A DNA stretch of 40,377 nucleotides from a virus (Duplodnaviria > Caudoviricetes), in the IMG/VR virus record IMGVR_UViG_3300025018_000268, positions 1 through 40,377 of that record; one strand, given 5' to 3'. Below the pieces are notes generated by a model. That model was given only the letters and a program-made list of their open reading frames with translations. It had not been told where the DNA came from and did no database searches. The translations under genes and the position numbers were made by a program. Shown here piece by piece: positions 1-10,178 of the stretch (the first letter of the stretch is position 1; every line of letters begins with the position of its first letter).

Positions 1-2
1 AA

Positions 3-1046
3 AGAATTATTATTGTTGTGCCTACTGTATCCTTGGTTCTCCAGATGTATTCGGATTTTAAAGATTACAGCTCTGAAATAGAATGGGATGTTGCAGAACA
101 TTGTCATAAAATATATGCAGGAGAAGAGAAGGACAGTATAAAGCCTATCATAATAACAACATGGCAGTCCATGCAAAAGAAGAAACCAAGCTACTTTCAT
201 AAATTTGATGTTGTTATTGTGGATGAAGGCCATTTGGCCAAAGCCGATCAATTAACCAAGATACTTGAAAGTTCTGTTAATGCTTCAATAAGATATGGTT
301 TTACTGGGACATTACAAGATACTGAAATGCATAAGCTAGTCATTCTTGGGCTTCTTGGTCCTGACAAAAAGATTATTGGAACAAAGCAATTGATGGATGA
401 GGGATATGTTGCAAACCTTACAATAAAAGTGTTGCTTTTGAAATATTCCGAAGAAGCCAGAAAAGAATTAAGACGGGCATGTTTATCTGCAAAGAAAAGT
501 GGTGGCTCAGCATATCAAACAGAAATGGAGTATATTGTTTCTAGTGAAATAAGAATGAAACAAGTGATGAATCTATGTAAATCCACTGTAGGCAATTCTC
601 TGGTTCTGTTTCAATTAGTGGAGAAACATGGTAAATTGATAGCCAAAGAATTAGAAAAGAAAACAGGAAAGATTGTGCTGTTTATTAGTGGCGCTACCAA
701 AGCAGAGGACAGGGAAGAAATAAGAAAAAGAATGGAGGTTGAGGAAAATATTATTCTTGTCGCATCATACGGAACTTTTTCCACAGGAGTAAGCGTAAAG
801 AATATCAAGAATGTAATCTTTGCTTCTCCTTCGAAAAGTAAAATAAAAGTCCTACAATCCATTGGACGAGGATTAAGGGTATCAAAAACAAAGAAATCCG
901 TAACATTATTTGATATAGTGGATGACCTTACGTATTCAACTAAGAAAACAAGCTATCCAAATTATGTAATCAAGCACTTCCATTCTCGCTGGCAATTTTA
1001 CAAAGATGAAAAATTTAACGTAAAACTTTATGAAAGAAATATATGA
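3..1046 (+). CDS. uvsW: UvsW SF2 DNA helicase (5'-truncated by window edge)
   Basis: Frame open from base 3 (RIIIVVPT). SF2 motifs TTWQS, VIVDEGH, GFTGT, ASYGTFSTGV and LQSIGRGLR; lies next to gp55/47/46. Confidence 0.92.
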   Translation, partial: RIIIVVPTVSLVLQMYSDFKDYSSEIEWDVAEHCHKIYAGEEKDSIKPIIITTWQSMQKKKPSYFHKFDVVIVDEGHLAKADQLTKILESSVNASIRYGFTGTLQDTEMHKLVILGLLGPDKKIIGTKQLMDEGYVANLTIKVLLLKYSEEARKELRRACLSAKKSGGSAYQTEMEYIVSSEIRMKQVMNLCKSTVGNSLVLFQLVEKHGKLIAKELEKKTGKIVLFISGATKAEDREEIRKRMEVEENIILVASYGTFSTGVSVKNIKNVIFASPSKSKIKVLQSIGRGLRVSKTKKSVTLFDIVDDLTYSTKKTSYPNYVIKHFHSRWQFYKDEKFNVKLYERNI

Positions 1047-1047
1047 C

Positions 1048-1076
1048 TTGACATTAAGAATTTAATGTGATATAAT
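1048..1076 (+). promoter_or_regulatory. Sigma70-type promoter
   Basis: TTGACA 1048-1053, 17-nt spacer, extended TGn then TATAAT 1071-1076. Confidence 0.8.
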
Positions 1077-1091
1077 TAATTATAATTATAT

Positions 1092-1181
1092 CTTGAGGAG
1101 TTAAAATGTCCATATTGCGGAAAAGTTGGAAGAGGTAATTCAATGAAACGATGGCATTTTGATAAATGTAAAAATAAATAA
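1092..1181 (+). pseudogene. Remnant of a homing-endonuclease C-terminal Zn-binding tail
   Basis: Reads LEELKCPYCGKVGRGNSMKRWHFDKCKNK*. There is an in-frame stop at 1083 and no start codon ahead of the CxxC. CPxCGK..MKRWHFDxCK is typical of phage homing endonuclease C-termini. Confidence 0.6.
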
Positions 1182-1194
1182 TTTTGGGATTATA

Positions 1195-1785
1195 ATGGCT
1201 AAACGGATGAATTATGTAAATAATAAAAAATTCACTAAGGATATTATTGAATTTGTTAAGGCAAGAACTGAGGATGATACCATCACATTAAGAATACATC
1301 CTGCAGGAGAATATATAGGCCATTGCATAATGGAGATTTGTAATAACTTAGCTAAGAAGGCTAATTTCGTGAACTACACCTACAAAGAGGAAATGATTGC
1401 TGATGGTATAGAGAATTGCATCAAGGCTGCAATGAACTTCAATTGCGAGAAATCAAGTAATGCATTTGGCTATTTCACTCAAATCGCCTTCAATGCCTTT
1501 ATTAGAAGGATCCAAAAAGAGAAAAAACAAGCAGTAAGGAAGCTTCAATTGCTTTCGGATCCAAAAGCTCTTAATGACATTATATCCAAACAATTCGATG
1601 ATGGTGTCCCCGGCTCGGAGCATGAAGGGAATGTACAGCATTTTATTGATCAAATGCAGGCTACTCTTGTTGAGACAGGCCAGTTAATAGAATTACATCA
1701 AAGAGCATTGCCTAAGAAGAAGGATAAGCAGATTATAGAATCCTCTATATCAAAGTATTTTCAGGAGGATTGTTCGTGGCTTTAA
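1195..1785 (+). CDS. gp55: Late-transcription sigma factor gp55
   Basis: NYVNNKKF, NFVNYTYKEEMIADGIENC and NAFGYFTQIAFNAFIRRIQKEKKQ are gp55 signatures. ATG 1195 preferred to TTG 1159. Confidence 0.95.
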   Translation: MAKRMNYVNNKKFTKDIIEFVKARTEDDTITLRIHPAGEYIGHCIMEICNNLAKKANFVNYTYKEEMIADGIENCIKAAMNFNCEKSSNAFGYFTQIAFNAFIRRIQKEKKQAVRKLQLLSDPKALNDIISKQFDDGVPGSEHEGNVQHFIDQMQATLVETGQLIELHQRALPKKKDKQIIESSISKYFQEDCSWL

Positions 1786-1816
1786 TTTATTATATTACTT
1801 CAGTGAGGTTAAATAA

Positions 1817-2854
1817 ATGTCATTAATTGCATTGATTGCGGACACACATTTTGGCGCTGGTAATAGTAATAACATGCTTTTACGATATCAGGATGATTAT
1901 TTTAAAGGCCTTGTTGAAAAATTAACAGCTTTAGGTGTTACTGATTTATTCCATGCAGGAGATTTATATGATGTAAGAAAAAGTATTAACTTCAAAACTC
2001 TACGGCAGACGGCTCGATTCTTTAGAGAAAGAATGCAAGCAGCACCTTTTAATGTTCATATCGTGGTTGGCAACCACGATTCATACAGCAAGAATACATT
2101 GAAAATAAATGCTCCTGTTGAATTGCTTGATTGGACTGATTTCAAGATATACCAAGAGCCTACTGAAATTGTTATTGATGACTGTAAAATTTTGATGATG
2201 CCTTGGATATGTAAGGATAATGCTGAAAGAAGCGAGTCCTTATTAGAATCCTCATTTGCTGATATCTGTATAGGCCATTTTGACATTTCAGGCTTTGGTA
2301 TGTCAAAAGAAGTAATCAATAAAGTTGGTATGCCTCGCTCTACTTTTAAGAAATTCAAGAGAACATTTTCTGGTCATTTTCATCTACCAAGTGAGCAGGA
2401 TAATATAATTTATGTAGGCAGTCCATATCAATTGACTTGGTCTGATTACGGGGACACCAAAAGGGTGATTCTGTATGATACAGTAACTAATTCAATGAAT
2501 TATCTTGAAAATGATAAAAATATTTTTGAGAAAGTTCATTATAGTCCTGATATTGTATTGACAGAAAACCAATATTATGATAAAATTGTTAAAGTATATG
2601 GGAATGGCCAATGTAACTCATATGAGTTTGATTTGTTTGTCAAGAAGATTGAATCCCAAAACCCATATAGCTTGTCTGTTATTGATTCTGTTGCTCTGTT
2701 TGACGAAGTTGAATCAAACAATGTAAACATGACCAAAGATACAATGTCTTTTCTTGTTGATTGTGTAGAATCATTGGAAGCAAGTGATTCTGAAAAGGAT
2801 GAAGTCAAGGCTTTGATGTTAACATTGTATACCAAATCACAGGAGCTTTCTTAA
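1817..2854 (+). CDS. gp47: Recombination endonuclease subunit gp47 (Mre11/SbcD-like)
   Basis: Metallophosphoesterase motifs DTHFG, GDLYD, GNHD, GHF, SGHFH; abuts gp46. Confidence 0.95.
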   Translation: MSLIALIADTHFGAGNSNNMLLRYQDDYFKGLVEKLTALGVTDLFHAGDLYDVRKSINFKTLRQTARFFRERMQAAPFNVHIVVGNHDSYSKNTLKINAPVELLDWTDFKIYQEPTEIVIDDCKILMMPWICKDNAERSESLLESSFADICIGHFDISGFGMSKEVINKVGMPRSTFKKFKRTFSGHFHLPSEQDNIIYVGSPYQLTWSDYGDTKRVILYDTVTNSMNYLENDKNIFEKVHYSPDIVLTENQYYDKIVKVYGNGQCNSYEFDLFVKKIESQNPYSLSVIDSVALFDEVESNNVNMTKDTMSFLVDCVESLEASDSEKDEVKALMLTLYTKSQELS

Positions 2855-4555
2855 ATGCTGGTGTTCAAATCTGTAAGATTCAAGAATTTTTTGTCGTTCG
2901 GGAATGTGTGGCAGGAAGTAAATTTAATGAATGCCAAAAAAACCATTATACTAGGAACAAATGGTCAAGGAAAATCTGCCTTAATAGATGTCATTACATT
3001 TGCCCTTTATAGCAAACCCTTTAGAAAAATTAATCGAGGGTTGCTTGTAAATTCCATTAACAAAAAGGATCTGGTTGTTGAATTATTTTTTGAGATAAAA
3101 GGAATAAATTATAAATTGATACGAGGCCAAAATCCAGGTATCTTTGAAATTTATGTCGACGGCGTTTTATTGCCTCAGGATGCTTCATCAAGAGACTATC
3201 AAAATATTCTGGAAATGGATATCCTAAAATTTAATTACAGGACATTTACTCAAATAGTAATCTTAGGCTCTGGTAGTTATGTTCAATTTATGAAATTGAG
3301 CACTTCAGCAAAAAGAGAAATTATTGAGGACATTCTTGATATCTCTGTTTTCTCTAAAATGAATGATCTACTTAAGCCAATGATTAAGGAAGGAGAGAAT
3401 AATATTCAATTGCTTGAAAGCAAAAAGGATATGCATAAATCTCATTACACTTTCATGTTTGAAAAATCCTTAAAGAATAAAGACACAAAAGAGAAAAGAA
3501 GATTACAGAAGATTGAGGAAATTGAGAGATTGGAAGTGGAAAGACTTGAGAAATTGGAGCTGATTAATGAAACAGCAATCAAAACAATTGAAGTGGAACC
3601 AATTGAGCCTCCTAGAGCAAGAAAAAACAAATTGTCAGAATTTGGTATTGGTATAAAGAAAAATCTCTCACTTGTTGATACAGAGATTGAATTCTATAAC
3701 CAAAATGATACATGTCCTAAATGTAAGAAGGTTCTTGATGATGAATTTAAAGAAGAAAGGATCTCCTTTCTTGCGGGGAAGAAAAAAGAATTTGATAATG
3801 CATTAGAACAATTGAATATAGGGCTGAATGCTGCTAATGATAAGATTAAGAAAATCCAATCATTAAATAAGAAGAATGATTCCATTAATAAAGCCGTCCA
3901 GGCTATTGAGGCTGATTTATCATCTATAAATTATAAGATAAATTACCTAAGAAAGGATATTGAATCAATCAATAATGAGGATGATGAAATAATTTCAGCT
4001 GATGAACTTGAGGAGCTCAAGAACCTCGTGAAGGAATCAGACCAATTACTACAGCAACAATATCATGACCTACACATCATGAAGCTGGGAATATCTATAC
4101 TCAAGGACTCTGGGGCTAAAACATCAATCATAAAATTTTATCTCCCTTTGATCAATAAGACTATAAATTATTTTCTTGAGAGGTTTGACTTTAATGTACT
4201 GTTCATGTTTGATGAAAATTTTGATGAAAGTATCCGAGCAAGGCATATTGACACTTTCAGGTATGGAAGCTTCTCTGAGGGTGAGCGCACAAGAATCGAT
4301 CTTTCCTTGATGTTTACGTGGCGTGAAATAGCCAAGAAGAAAAATTCCGCATCAACCAACCTTCTCTTCTTTGATGAGGTGCTTGATTCAGGCATGGATG
4401 CAGATGGCCTTGAGAATTTCATGGCAATTATTAGTGAATTTGATCCAGATACTAATTTATTTGTCATATCACATAGAGAAGGCGTTGAGGCTGGCTTTGA
4501 TGCTTCTATAACAGCTGTGAAGGAAAATAATTTTTCAACCTATACATTCAATTAA
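2855..4555 (+). CDS. gp46: Recombination ATPase gp46 (Rad50/SbcC-like)
   Basis: Walker A GTNGQGKS, coiled coil with CPKC zinc hook, FSEGE signature, LLFFDEVLD and ISH. Confidence 0.95.
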   Translation: MLVFKSVRFKNFLSFGNVWQEVNLMNAKKTIILGTNGQGKSALIDVITFALYSKPFRKINRGLLVNSINKKDLVVELFFEIKGINYKLIRGQNPGIFEIYVDGVLLPQDASSRDYQNILEMDILKFNYRTFTQIVILGSGSYVQFMKLSTSAKREIIEDILDISVFSKMNDLLKPMIKEGENNIQLLESKKDMHKSHYTFMFEKSLKNKDTKEKRRLQKIEEIERLEVERLEKLELINETAIKTIEVEPIEPPRARKNKLSEFGIGIKKNLSLVDTEIEFYNQNDTCPKCKKVLDDEFKEERISFLAGKKKEFDNALEQLNIGLNAANDKIKKIQSLNKKNDSINKAVQAIEADLSSINYKINYLRKDIESINNEDDEIISADELEELKNLVKESDQLLQQQYHDLHIMKLGISILKDSGAKTSIIKFYLPLINKTINYFLERFDFNVLFMFDENFDESIRARHIDTFRYGSFSEGERTRIDLSLMFTWREIAKKKNSASTNLLFFDEVLDSGMDADGLENFMAIISEFDPDTNLFVISHREGVEAGFDASITAVKENNFSTYTFN

Positions 4556-4567
4556 AAAGGAGATGAA

Positions 4568-4762
4568 ATGAAACTGTCAGATGACACATTAAATGCTGCG
4601 GCTAAGGTTGCTTATGAGAATTATTGTTACAAAACAAATTGGAGATCAATAGCTACTGGTGACATCCTTCCTCCCTGGTACGACCTCTCCGTTGAGGTAC
4701 AGGATGCATGGAAGGCTGCTGTGATTGGGTTGGACGAATTTTATCAAGAGAAAAGAAAATAA
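4568..4762 (+). CDS. Hypothetical protein (64 aa)
   Basis: ORF with AGGAG RBS in operon orientation. Confidence 0.65.
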   Translation: MKLSDDTLNAAAKVAYENYCYKTNWRSIATGDILPPWYDLSVEVQDAWKAAVIGLDEFYQEKRK

Positions 4763-4775
4763 ATGCTTTTTTCTG

Positions 4776-4804
4776 TTGACATTGCATAGACCTCATGTTA
4801 TAAT
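4776..4804 (+). promoter_or_regulatory. Sigma70-type early promoter (diverged cassette copy)
   Basis: TTGACA-17-TATAAT with extended TG, followed by a GATTGATTGAGA leader like the other cassette copies. Confidence 0.8.
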
Positions 4805-4852
4805 GCTGTATATTGATTGATTGAGAGAGAAAATAAAACATGAGGTCTGTAT

Positions 4853-6994
4853 ATGTCATATATGAATTATTATCAAGTAGCAGAAAATAAAAAGAAAGAA
4901 TTCTTAAGTCAGTTGCCTGTCTCTCAAGAGAGGAACAAGATACTTTGTTCTCTCCTCGCCGCAGAAAACATTTCCATTGTATACAAAAACGTAAAAACAG
5001 CTTCCTTTGATACTATCAATCGAGTGCTTGTGATTCCTCAATGGAATGATATCTCCGTTTCTATTATTGACAGGATTATCATTCATGAGGTAGGTCATGC
5101 TCTGTTTACTGAAGATTGGTCAGAATTGATGGCTCCTTTGTCTGGTATCGCAAGAAAGGCATCCAATATTGTTGAAGACCGTAGAATTGATAATGCTATG
5201 CGCAAAACATATCCTGGTGTTGCTAAGGATTATGCTGCTGCTGGCAAAGAAATAGTTGCTAAAAATATCTGGGACATTCAAAAAATTTCATTCAATACAT
5301 TAGGTTTCTTTGACCGTGCCAACATGCTTTCAAAGGTAGGGCATTCCAAGGAGCTTATAAATTTTTCTGCTCAAGAAAAAGGATGGCTGAAGGAAATAGA
5401 AAATGCTCAGTCTACTAAAGAGGCAGTGGATTTGGCAGTAAGAATTCTTAATGAGCTCAAAGAGCAAAAGAAAGAAGAGAAACCTGAAGAAGGTGAGGAG
5501 AAGGTTGAGGAGAAGGTTGAGGAAAAACCTGATGAAAAAGATCCTGGGGAAGAGCAAGGCGAGGATTTTGAAGAGGCTGAAGAGGAAAAAGATCCTGAGG
5601 AAGAGCAAGGCGAGGATTTTGAAGAAGTCGAAGAGGAAGAAGGCGAAGGAAGTAAATCCGAAACACCTGAGAAAAATACTGAAGAAGATGATGGAGCCTC
5701 GTCTGAAGGAAATGGCTCTGATGAAGCGGCTGCGGAAGAGGAAGAAATACTCTCCTCTGATATATTCGAGGACATTCAAGGTGATCTTGATACAGTAAAA
5801 AATAATCAATCAATCAATCATTACTTGGATATGCCTATCAATCCTAAGAATTATATCATTACTCTTGATACTCTTATGCGACAGGGCAATATTAAAAAAC
5901 ATGACCTAGAGTATTGCAATTTCTCTAAGGAAAATCGTGTTTCAATTAAGAAGGATGCTGCTCAATTGTTCAAGGAATTTTCTGTAAGAAAAGAAGCTAA
6001 TGTTCATAACACATTTTTTACTGACCGCGGAACATTGGACATGAATAGATTGGCAGAGTATAAAACGAATGATCAAATTTTTACGAGAACGGTAAAACGA
6101 GTTGCCAATGCCCAGAATCATAAATTTTATTTCTTGATTGATTATAGTGGTTCTATGACAGGCCAAAATATTGTGTTTGCTGCTAGGCAGGCTTCTGTGT
6201 TCAAGGAATTTTGTCAAATGGCGAAAGCTGAGTATGAAATATACTTGTTTACTACTGGTACTTCAAAGTTAGGACCCGATCGGGATTCTTATAAAGCGGT
6301 TCTTGCTATCGATAATGGTCGAAAACAATATTTTGTTGGTAGTGTTCAATTATTAGAAATCGCAAATAATAATCAAAGTGAGCAGGATTTTTATAACATT
6401 ATGCATTGCACAACCCGACATATGCTAGCTGATTATCATATGGGAGGAACACCTTCTACTCATGCTGTTAAGTTAATCCGTACTTTGATTGAAAAAGAGA
6501 AAGCTGCTTTCCCTGATAAGAAAATCAATTTTGTCATGCTTACAGATGGAGAAGAAGGTTCTCAGTTAGGAAATAATTGTATTTTTGAATCTCAGGACAG
6601 AGTTCATTATTCAACTGCAGGTTCTTCTTATCTCGCACAGCTGAAGATGCTGAAAAAGAGTTGTCATTCAATTCTTGGCTTTACAATTGGCACAGCACGA
6701 ACAATTTATGATAATATCAAGGCTTGCGACAATCCAGACAATAAATCATTCAGTGACATGTATCATGATTTCAAAAATGAGTTAATCAAAAATCATTACC
6801 TGAAGCTCCCTTTGGATGGCTTTGATGATTTTTATGTCTTGAAAAATACGAGGGAAGGTTCTCTTGAGGATGAATTAAGCAATATTGATTCTGATGCATC
6901 CTACAAAAAATTCTCTGCTACTTTCATCAAGAGCCAGAAATCAGCGATGGTACAAAAAGAAATAACAAAGAAAATATCTGAAAAAATCTCTTGA
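4853..6994 (+). CDS. CobT-like protein: N-terminal HExxH metallopeptidase, acidic linker, VWA domain
   Basis: IIHEVGHAL zincin motif, Glu-rich low-complexity linker, MIDAS motif LIDYSGSM plus GGTP and LTDGE; adjacent to a MoxR-type ATPase. Confidence 0.85.
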   Translation: MSYMNYYQVAENKKKEFLSQLPVSQERNKILCSLLAAENISIVYKNVKTASFDTINRVLVIPQWNDISVSIIDRIIIHEVGHALFTEDWSELMAPLSGIARKASNIVEDRRIDNAMRKTYPGVAKDYAAAGKEIVAKNIWDIQKISFNTLGFFDRANMLSKVGHSKELINFSAQEKGWLKEIENAQSTKEAVDLAVRILNELKEQKKEEKPEEGEEKVEEKVEEKPDEKDPGEEQGEDFEEAEEEKDPEEEQGEDFEEVEEEEGEGSKSETPEKNTEEDDGASSEGNGSDEAAAEEEEILSSDIFEDIQGDLDTVKNNQSINHYLDMPINPKNYIITLDTLMRQGNIKKHDLEYCNFSKENRVSIKKDAAQLFKEFSVRKEANVHNTFFTDRGTLDMNRLAEYKTNDQIFTRTVKRVANAQNHKFYFLIDYSGSMTGQNIVFAARQASVFKEFCQMAKAEYEIYLFTTGTSKLGPDRDSYKAVLAIDNGRKQYFVGSVQLLEIANNNQSEQDFYNIMHCTTRHMLADYHMGGTPSTHAVKLIRTLIEKEKAAFPDKKINFVMLTDGEEGSQLGNNCIFESQDRVHYSTAGSSYLAQLKMLKKSCHSILGFTIGTARTIYDNIKACDNPDNKSFSDMYHDFKNELIKNHYLKLPLDGFDDFYVLKNTREGSLEDELSNIDSDASYKKFSATFIKSQKSAMVQKEITKKISEKIS
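5495..5638 (+). repeat. Tandem repeats in the acidic linker (12-nt x2 and 51-nt x2)
   Basis: GAGGAGAAGGTT occurs twice. GAAAAAGATCCTG(G/A)GGAAGAGCAAGGCGAGGATTTTGAAGA starts at 5534 and again at 5585. Confidence 0.85.
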
Positions 6995-7019
6995 CATAAG
7001 GAGAAAATATTAGTATAAT
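6991..7019 (+). promoter_or_regulatory. Sigma70-type promoter overlapping the upstream stop codon
   Basis: TTGACA 6991-6996, 17-nt spacer, TATAAT 7014-7019. Confidence 0.75.
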
Positions 7020-7070
7020 ATCTGTATAAGAATTTGACAGAGGTATTAATTTTACTATGAGGTGTTACTG

Positions 7071-8270
7071 ATGGACATGACTGACAAACAAAAAGGTTTC
7101 TTTTCTCTTCTCAAAGAAAGAGTTGCAGATCCTAAAAAAGTTACTGATATTGAAATTAAGGACGTAGCTGCGCATACAGGCGTCAGGGCTCCTTGGAAAT
7201 GCATTACTCCTTATACAGTTGAAAAGGATGTTTTCGATTGCACAGTTCTTTTTGATGAGGTCGCAGGCATAGTCAGTCAGTATAAAGCTCAGCCCTTTGC
7301 AAAGGCTCCTGCACAGAAAAGAGAGAAAAAAATCAAGAATCAGGTTCCTGTCTCTGAATATGTTAAAACCTCTGTTGTTGATTCATTAGAGAAAAATGTT
7401 GAGGAGATGATTTCAGCGGATTATTTTGTCCCTGTCATTAATGAAACATTTGTTCCTTTCGGTTCTATGTCAACTACGACAAAAGTTATCAAATCAGGCA
7501 AATTCTGTCCAATGTTTATTTTCGGTGAGACAGGACTTGGTAAATCATTCTCTGTTAGCCAGATAGCAGCAAGAGCAAAAAGAGAAGTGATCAGGATCAA
7601 TGTTACCGCTCAAACATGTGAGGAAGATTTAATCGGTGGTTTCCGATTGATAGATGGCGAAACAGTATGGCAAGATGGACCCTTAGTAATCGCTATGAAA
7701 AGAGGTGCAATCCTTCTCATAGATGAAGTTACTGCCTTGAATCCTGCTTATGCTTTCATGCTGTTTACTGCTCTTGAAGGCGAGCCTATCTATGTTAAGA
7801 AAATTAACAAGATCGTTGCTCCTGCTCCTGGTTTTAATATTATCGCTACTGATAATACAAGAGGATACGGTACTTCTTCAGGTCGTTATGTAGGTGTTAA
7901 TGTCCAGAACGAAGCCTTCTTGGATCGGTTTACTATTGCTGTTGAATACAATTACCCCTCTCCTACCCAAGAGCTGAAAATTATTTCTTCTTTTGGTACT
8001 GATACAAAGATTATGCAGGAATTGATCAAATGGGCGAATTTTGTCCGTAATACATACAATGAAGGAGCAATTGATGTAACAATATCTCCTAGGAGATTGA
8101 TCAAGATTATGGTCATTAATGATATCTTTTGTGACCTCAAGCAATCAATCAGGCATTCCATCGCACGGTTTGAGTCGGATGTCGTGGAATCTTTGCTTGA
8201 TTTCTTTGATAAGATTGTTAGTGATCCTAATTACTCTTCGGACGATTTTACTTTAGAATTTGAAGAATAG
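7071..8270 (+). CDS. cobS: CobS/MoxR-family AAA+ ATPase
   Basis: Walker A GETGLGKS, EEDLIGGFRL, Walker B LLIDEV, NEAFLDRF, ISPRRL. ATG 7071 follows GAGGTG. Confidence 0.88.
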   Translation: MDMTDKQKGFFSLLKERVADPKKVTDIEIKDVAAHTGVRAPWKCITPYTVEKDVFDCTVLFDEVAGIVSQYKAQPFAKAPAQKREKKIKNQVPVSEYVKTSVVDSLEKNVEEMISADYFVPVINETFVPFGSMSTTTKVIKSGKFCPMFIFGETGLGKSFSVSQIAARAKREVIRINVTAQTCEEDLIGGFRLIDGETVWQDGPLVIAMKRGAILLIDEVTALNPAYAFMLFTALEGEPIYVKKINKIVAPAPGFNIIATDNTRGYGTSSGRYVGVNVQNEAFLDRFTIAVEYNYPSPTQELKIISSFGTDTKIMQELIKWANFVRNTYNEGAIDVTISPRRLIKIMVINDIFCDLKQSIRHSIARFESDVVESLLDFFDKIVSDPNYSSDDFTLEFEE

Positions 8271-8288
8271 AAAATTTAAGGAGGCTTT

Positions 8289-8465
8289 ATGTTTATTTTG
8301 ATTGAGAAAGATGATGGAACTTTTATTGTTCGTAAAAAGGCGGGCATTCGTGAAGTATCGGAGAAGGACAGCAAGACCACAGTATACTTTTATCACAAGA
8401 AGGATTATCCAATCCATGTGGAGGAATCACCCGAAGCTTTCGCCCTAAAACATAATTTGGTATAA
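8289..8465 (+). CDS. Small hypothetical protein (58 aa, not in ORF track)
   Basis: AAGGAGG RBS; reads MFILIEKDDGTFIVRKK...ALKHNLV*. Confidence 0.65.
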   Translation: MFILIEKDDGTFIVRKKAGIREVSEKDSKTTVYFYHKKDYPIHVEESPEAFALKHNLV

Positions 8466-8501
8466 ATAGTCCTTGACAAGACAAGGAATATGTGTTATAC
8501 T
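8461..8501 (+). promoter_or_regulatory. T4 late promoter plus sigma70-type promoter upstream of gp45
   Basis: TATAAATA 8461-8468; TTGACA 8473-8478, 17-nt spacer, TG-T-TATACT 8496-8501. Confidence 0.75.
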
Positions 8502-8544
8502 TCTTTTTTGTAGTAAAATAATATTAATTAAACAGGAGATGTGA

Positions 8545-9228
8545 ATGAAGATTTCAAAAGAAACAATGGTTATACTGAAGAATTACACTCAAATTAATCC
8601 TTCAATTCTGATCCAGAAAGGAAGCACTCTTAGGACGATTGACCATGAACAAACTATCACTTCAAGTGCAGCGGTCAAGGAGGATTTTCCAAAGGATTTT
8701 GCGATTTACGATTTGCCTAATTTTCTGTCAGTTGTGAATATGTTTGATGGTGCAGAGCTTGATTTCGGCGATGATGATACTAACCATTGTATAATTAAGT
8801 ATGCTAATGCTGATACTATGGTGCGGTATATGTATGCTTCTCCTGATGCTGTTGAACATGTTAAGAAGGATATTGTTATGCCTATTACTGAAATCAATTT
8901 TGATATCAGTAAGGAGCAGCTGTCAACCATCATGAGAGCGGCTATTACTATGGATCTACCTCATATTCTGTTGACCCCAGATGGTGATAAAGGGATAATT
9001 ATCACAGCAACCAGTGTTGATAATCCTTCATCTAATACATTCAGGATTTTTCTCCCTGCTGAGCTGACAATAAAGGATTTTTACGTGGTTATTGATTTTC
9101 AGAAATTTACCAATTTGATGGAAAGCAATTACAGTGTAGGTATTTCCACCAAAGAGATTAGTCATTTCTTTAACCCTAATATTGAATACTGGATTGCACT
9201 GAATACGAATTCTTCCTTTGAGGATTAA
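8545..9228 (+). CDS. gp45: Sliding clamp gp45
   Basis: MKISKETMVILKNYTQINPSI, DFAIYDLPNFL, C-terminal YWIAL; 45-44-62 synteny. Confidence 0.93.
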   Translation: MKISKETMVILKNYTQINPSILIQKGSTLRTIDHEQTITSSAAVKEDFPKDFAIYDLPNFLSVVNMFDGAELDFGDDDTNHCIIKYANADTMVRYMYASPDAVEHVKKDIVMPITEINFDISKEQLSTIMRAAITMDLPHILLTPDGDKGIIITATSVDNPSSNTFRIFLPAELTIKDFYVVIDFQKFTNLMESNYSVGISTKEISHFFNPNIEYWIALNTNSSFED

Positions 9229-9230
9229 TT

Positions 9231-10175
9231 ATGATTTCTACGTCAAAAAATAGTTTGTGGGTCGAGAAGTATAGGCCACAAACTATTGAAGATTGCATTC
9301 TCCCTATAAGTACAAAGAAATTTTTTACTGAAATGAGGGAGTCCCGAGATATCCAAAATATGCTGCTTACAGGCAGTCATGGCGTAGGCAAAACCACAAT
9401 TGCTCAGGCTTTCCTTAAGGAAATGAAAGCTGAAACATTATTCTTGAACTGTTCTAAAAACAATTCAATTGATGATGTTAGGACAAAGATATACAATTTT
9501 GCATCTTCTATGTCATTATATGGTGAGGGATTAAAAGTTGTCCTAGGCGATGAGTTTGATTATTTTGGACAAGCAGGACAAGCTGCTTTGCGAGGCGTTA
9601 TTGAACAGGTATCGAAAAATTGCAGGTTTATCTTTACTTGCAATTTCCCTAATAAGATAATTGCTCCTCTGCAATCTAGACTCTTGCTGGTTGATTTTAA
9701 AATTCAGCCTAAGGACAAGCCTGAGCTTGCAAAGCAATTCATGAAAAGATGCTGCAACATTCTTGATCAGGAAGGCGTGAAGTATGAAAAACAAGTCTTG
9801 GCTATGCTTATTCAAAAACAATTTCCTGATTTCAGGAAAGTAATTCAAATGTTGCAACATTCATCATTGGTTGGTGAATTAACTATAGAGGCCTTGGATA
9901 AGTCAGATGGTGATTTTGGCCCTTATATTGTTGCTTTGAAAGCAAAAGATTATAAGGCAGCAAGAACCTGGATAGGCCAGAATGCTGTTGATGCCTCTGA
10001 TTTCTTCCATACTTTGTTCATGAAGGTTAATGAAATATTTACTAAGGATTCTTTAGCTCAGGCTATTCTAATTCTCCATAACGCCCAGGTCAATCATGCT
10101 GTTGTTGTTGACGAGGAACTTTCATTGTCGGCATTGACCATTGAGTTGATGTCGCAATGTTCTTTCCAGAAATAA
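9231..10175 (+). CDS. gp44: Clamp loader large subunit gp44
   Basis: LWVEKYRP, Walker A GSHGVGKTT, DEFD, PLQSR, FPDFR. Confidence 0.95.
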   Translation: MISTSKNSLWVEKYRPQTIEDCILPISTKKFFTEMRESRDIQNMLLTGSHGVGKTTIAQAFLKEMKAETLFLNCSKNNSIDDVRTKIYNFASSMSLYGEGLKVVLGDEFDYFGQAGQAALRGVIEQVSKNCRFIFTCNFPNKIIAPLQSRLLLVDFKIQPKDKPELAKQFMKRCCNILDQEGVKYEKQVLAMLIQKQFPDFRKVIQMLQHSSLVGELTIEALDKSDGDFGPYIVALKAKDYKAARTWIGQNAVDASDFFHTLFMKVNEIFTKDSLAQAILILHNAQVNHAVVVDEELSLSALTIELMSQCSFQK

Positions 10176-10178
10176 TCA

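Noticed and set aside
5330-5813. Overlapping Ser-, Phe-, Lys/Arg- and Leu/Gln-rich ORFs
   Set aside because: Alternate-frame readings of the GAA-rich acidic linker.
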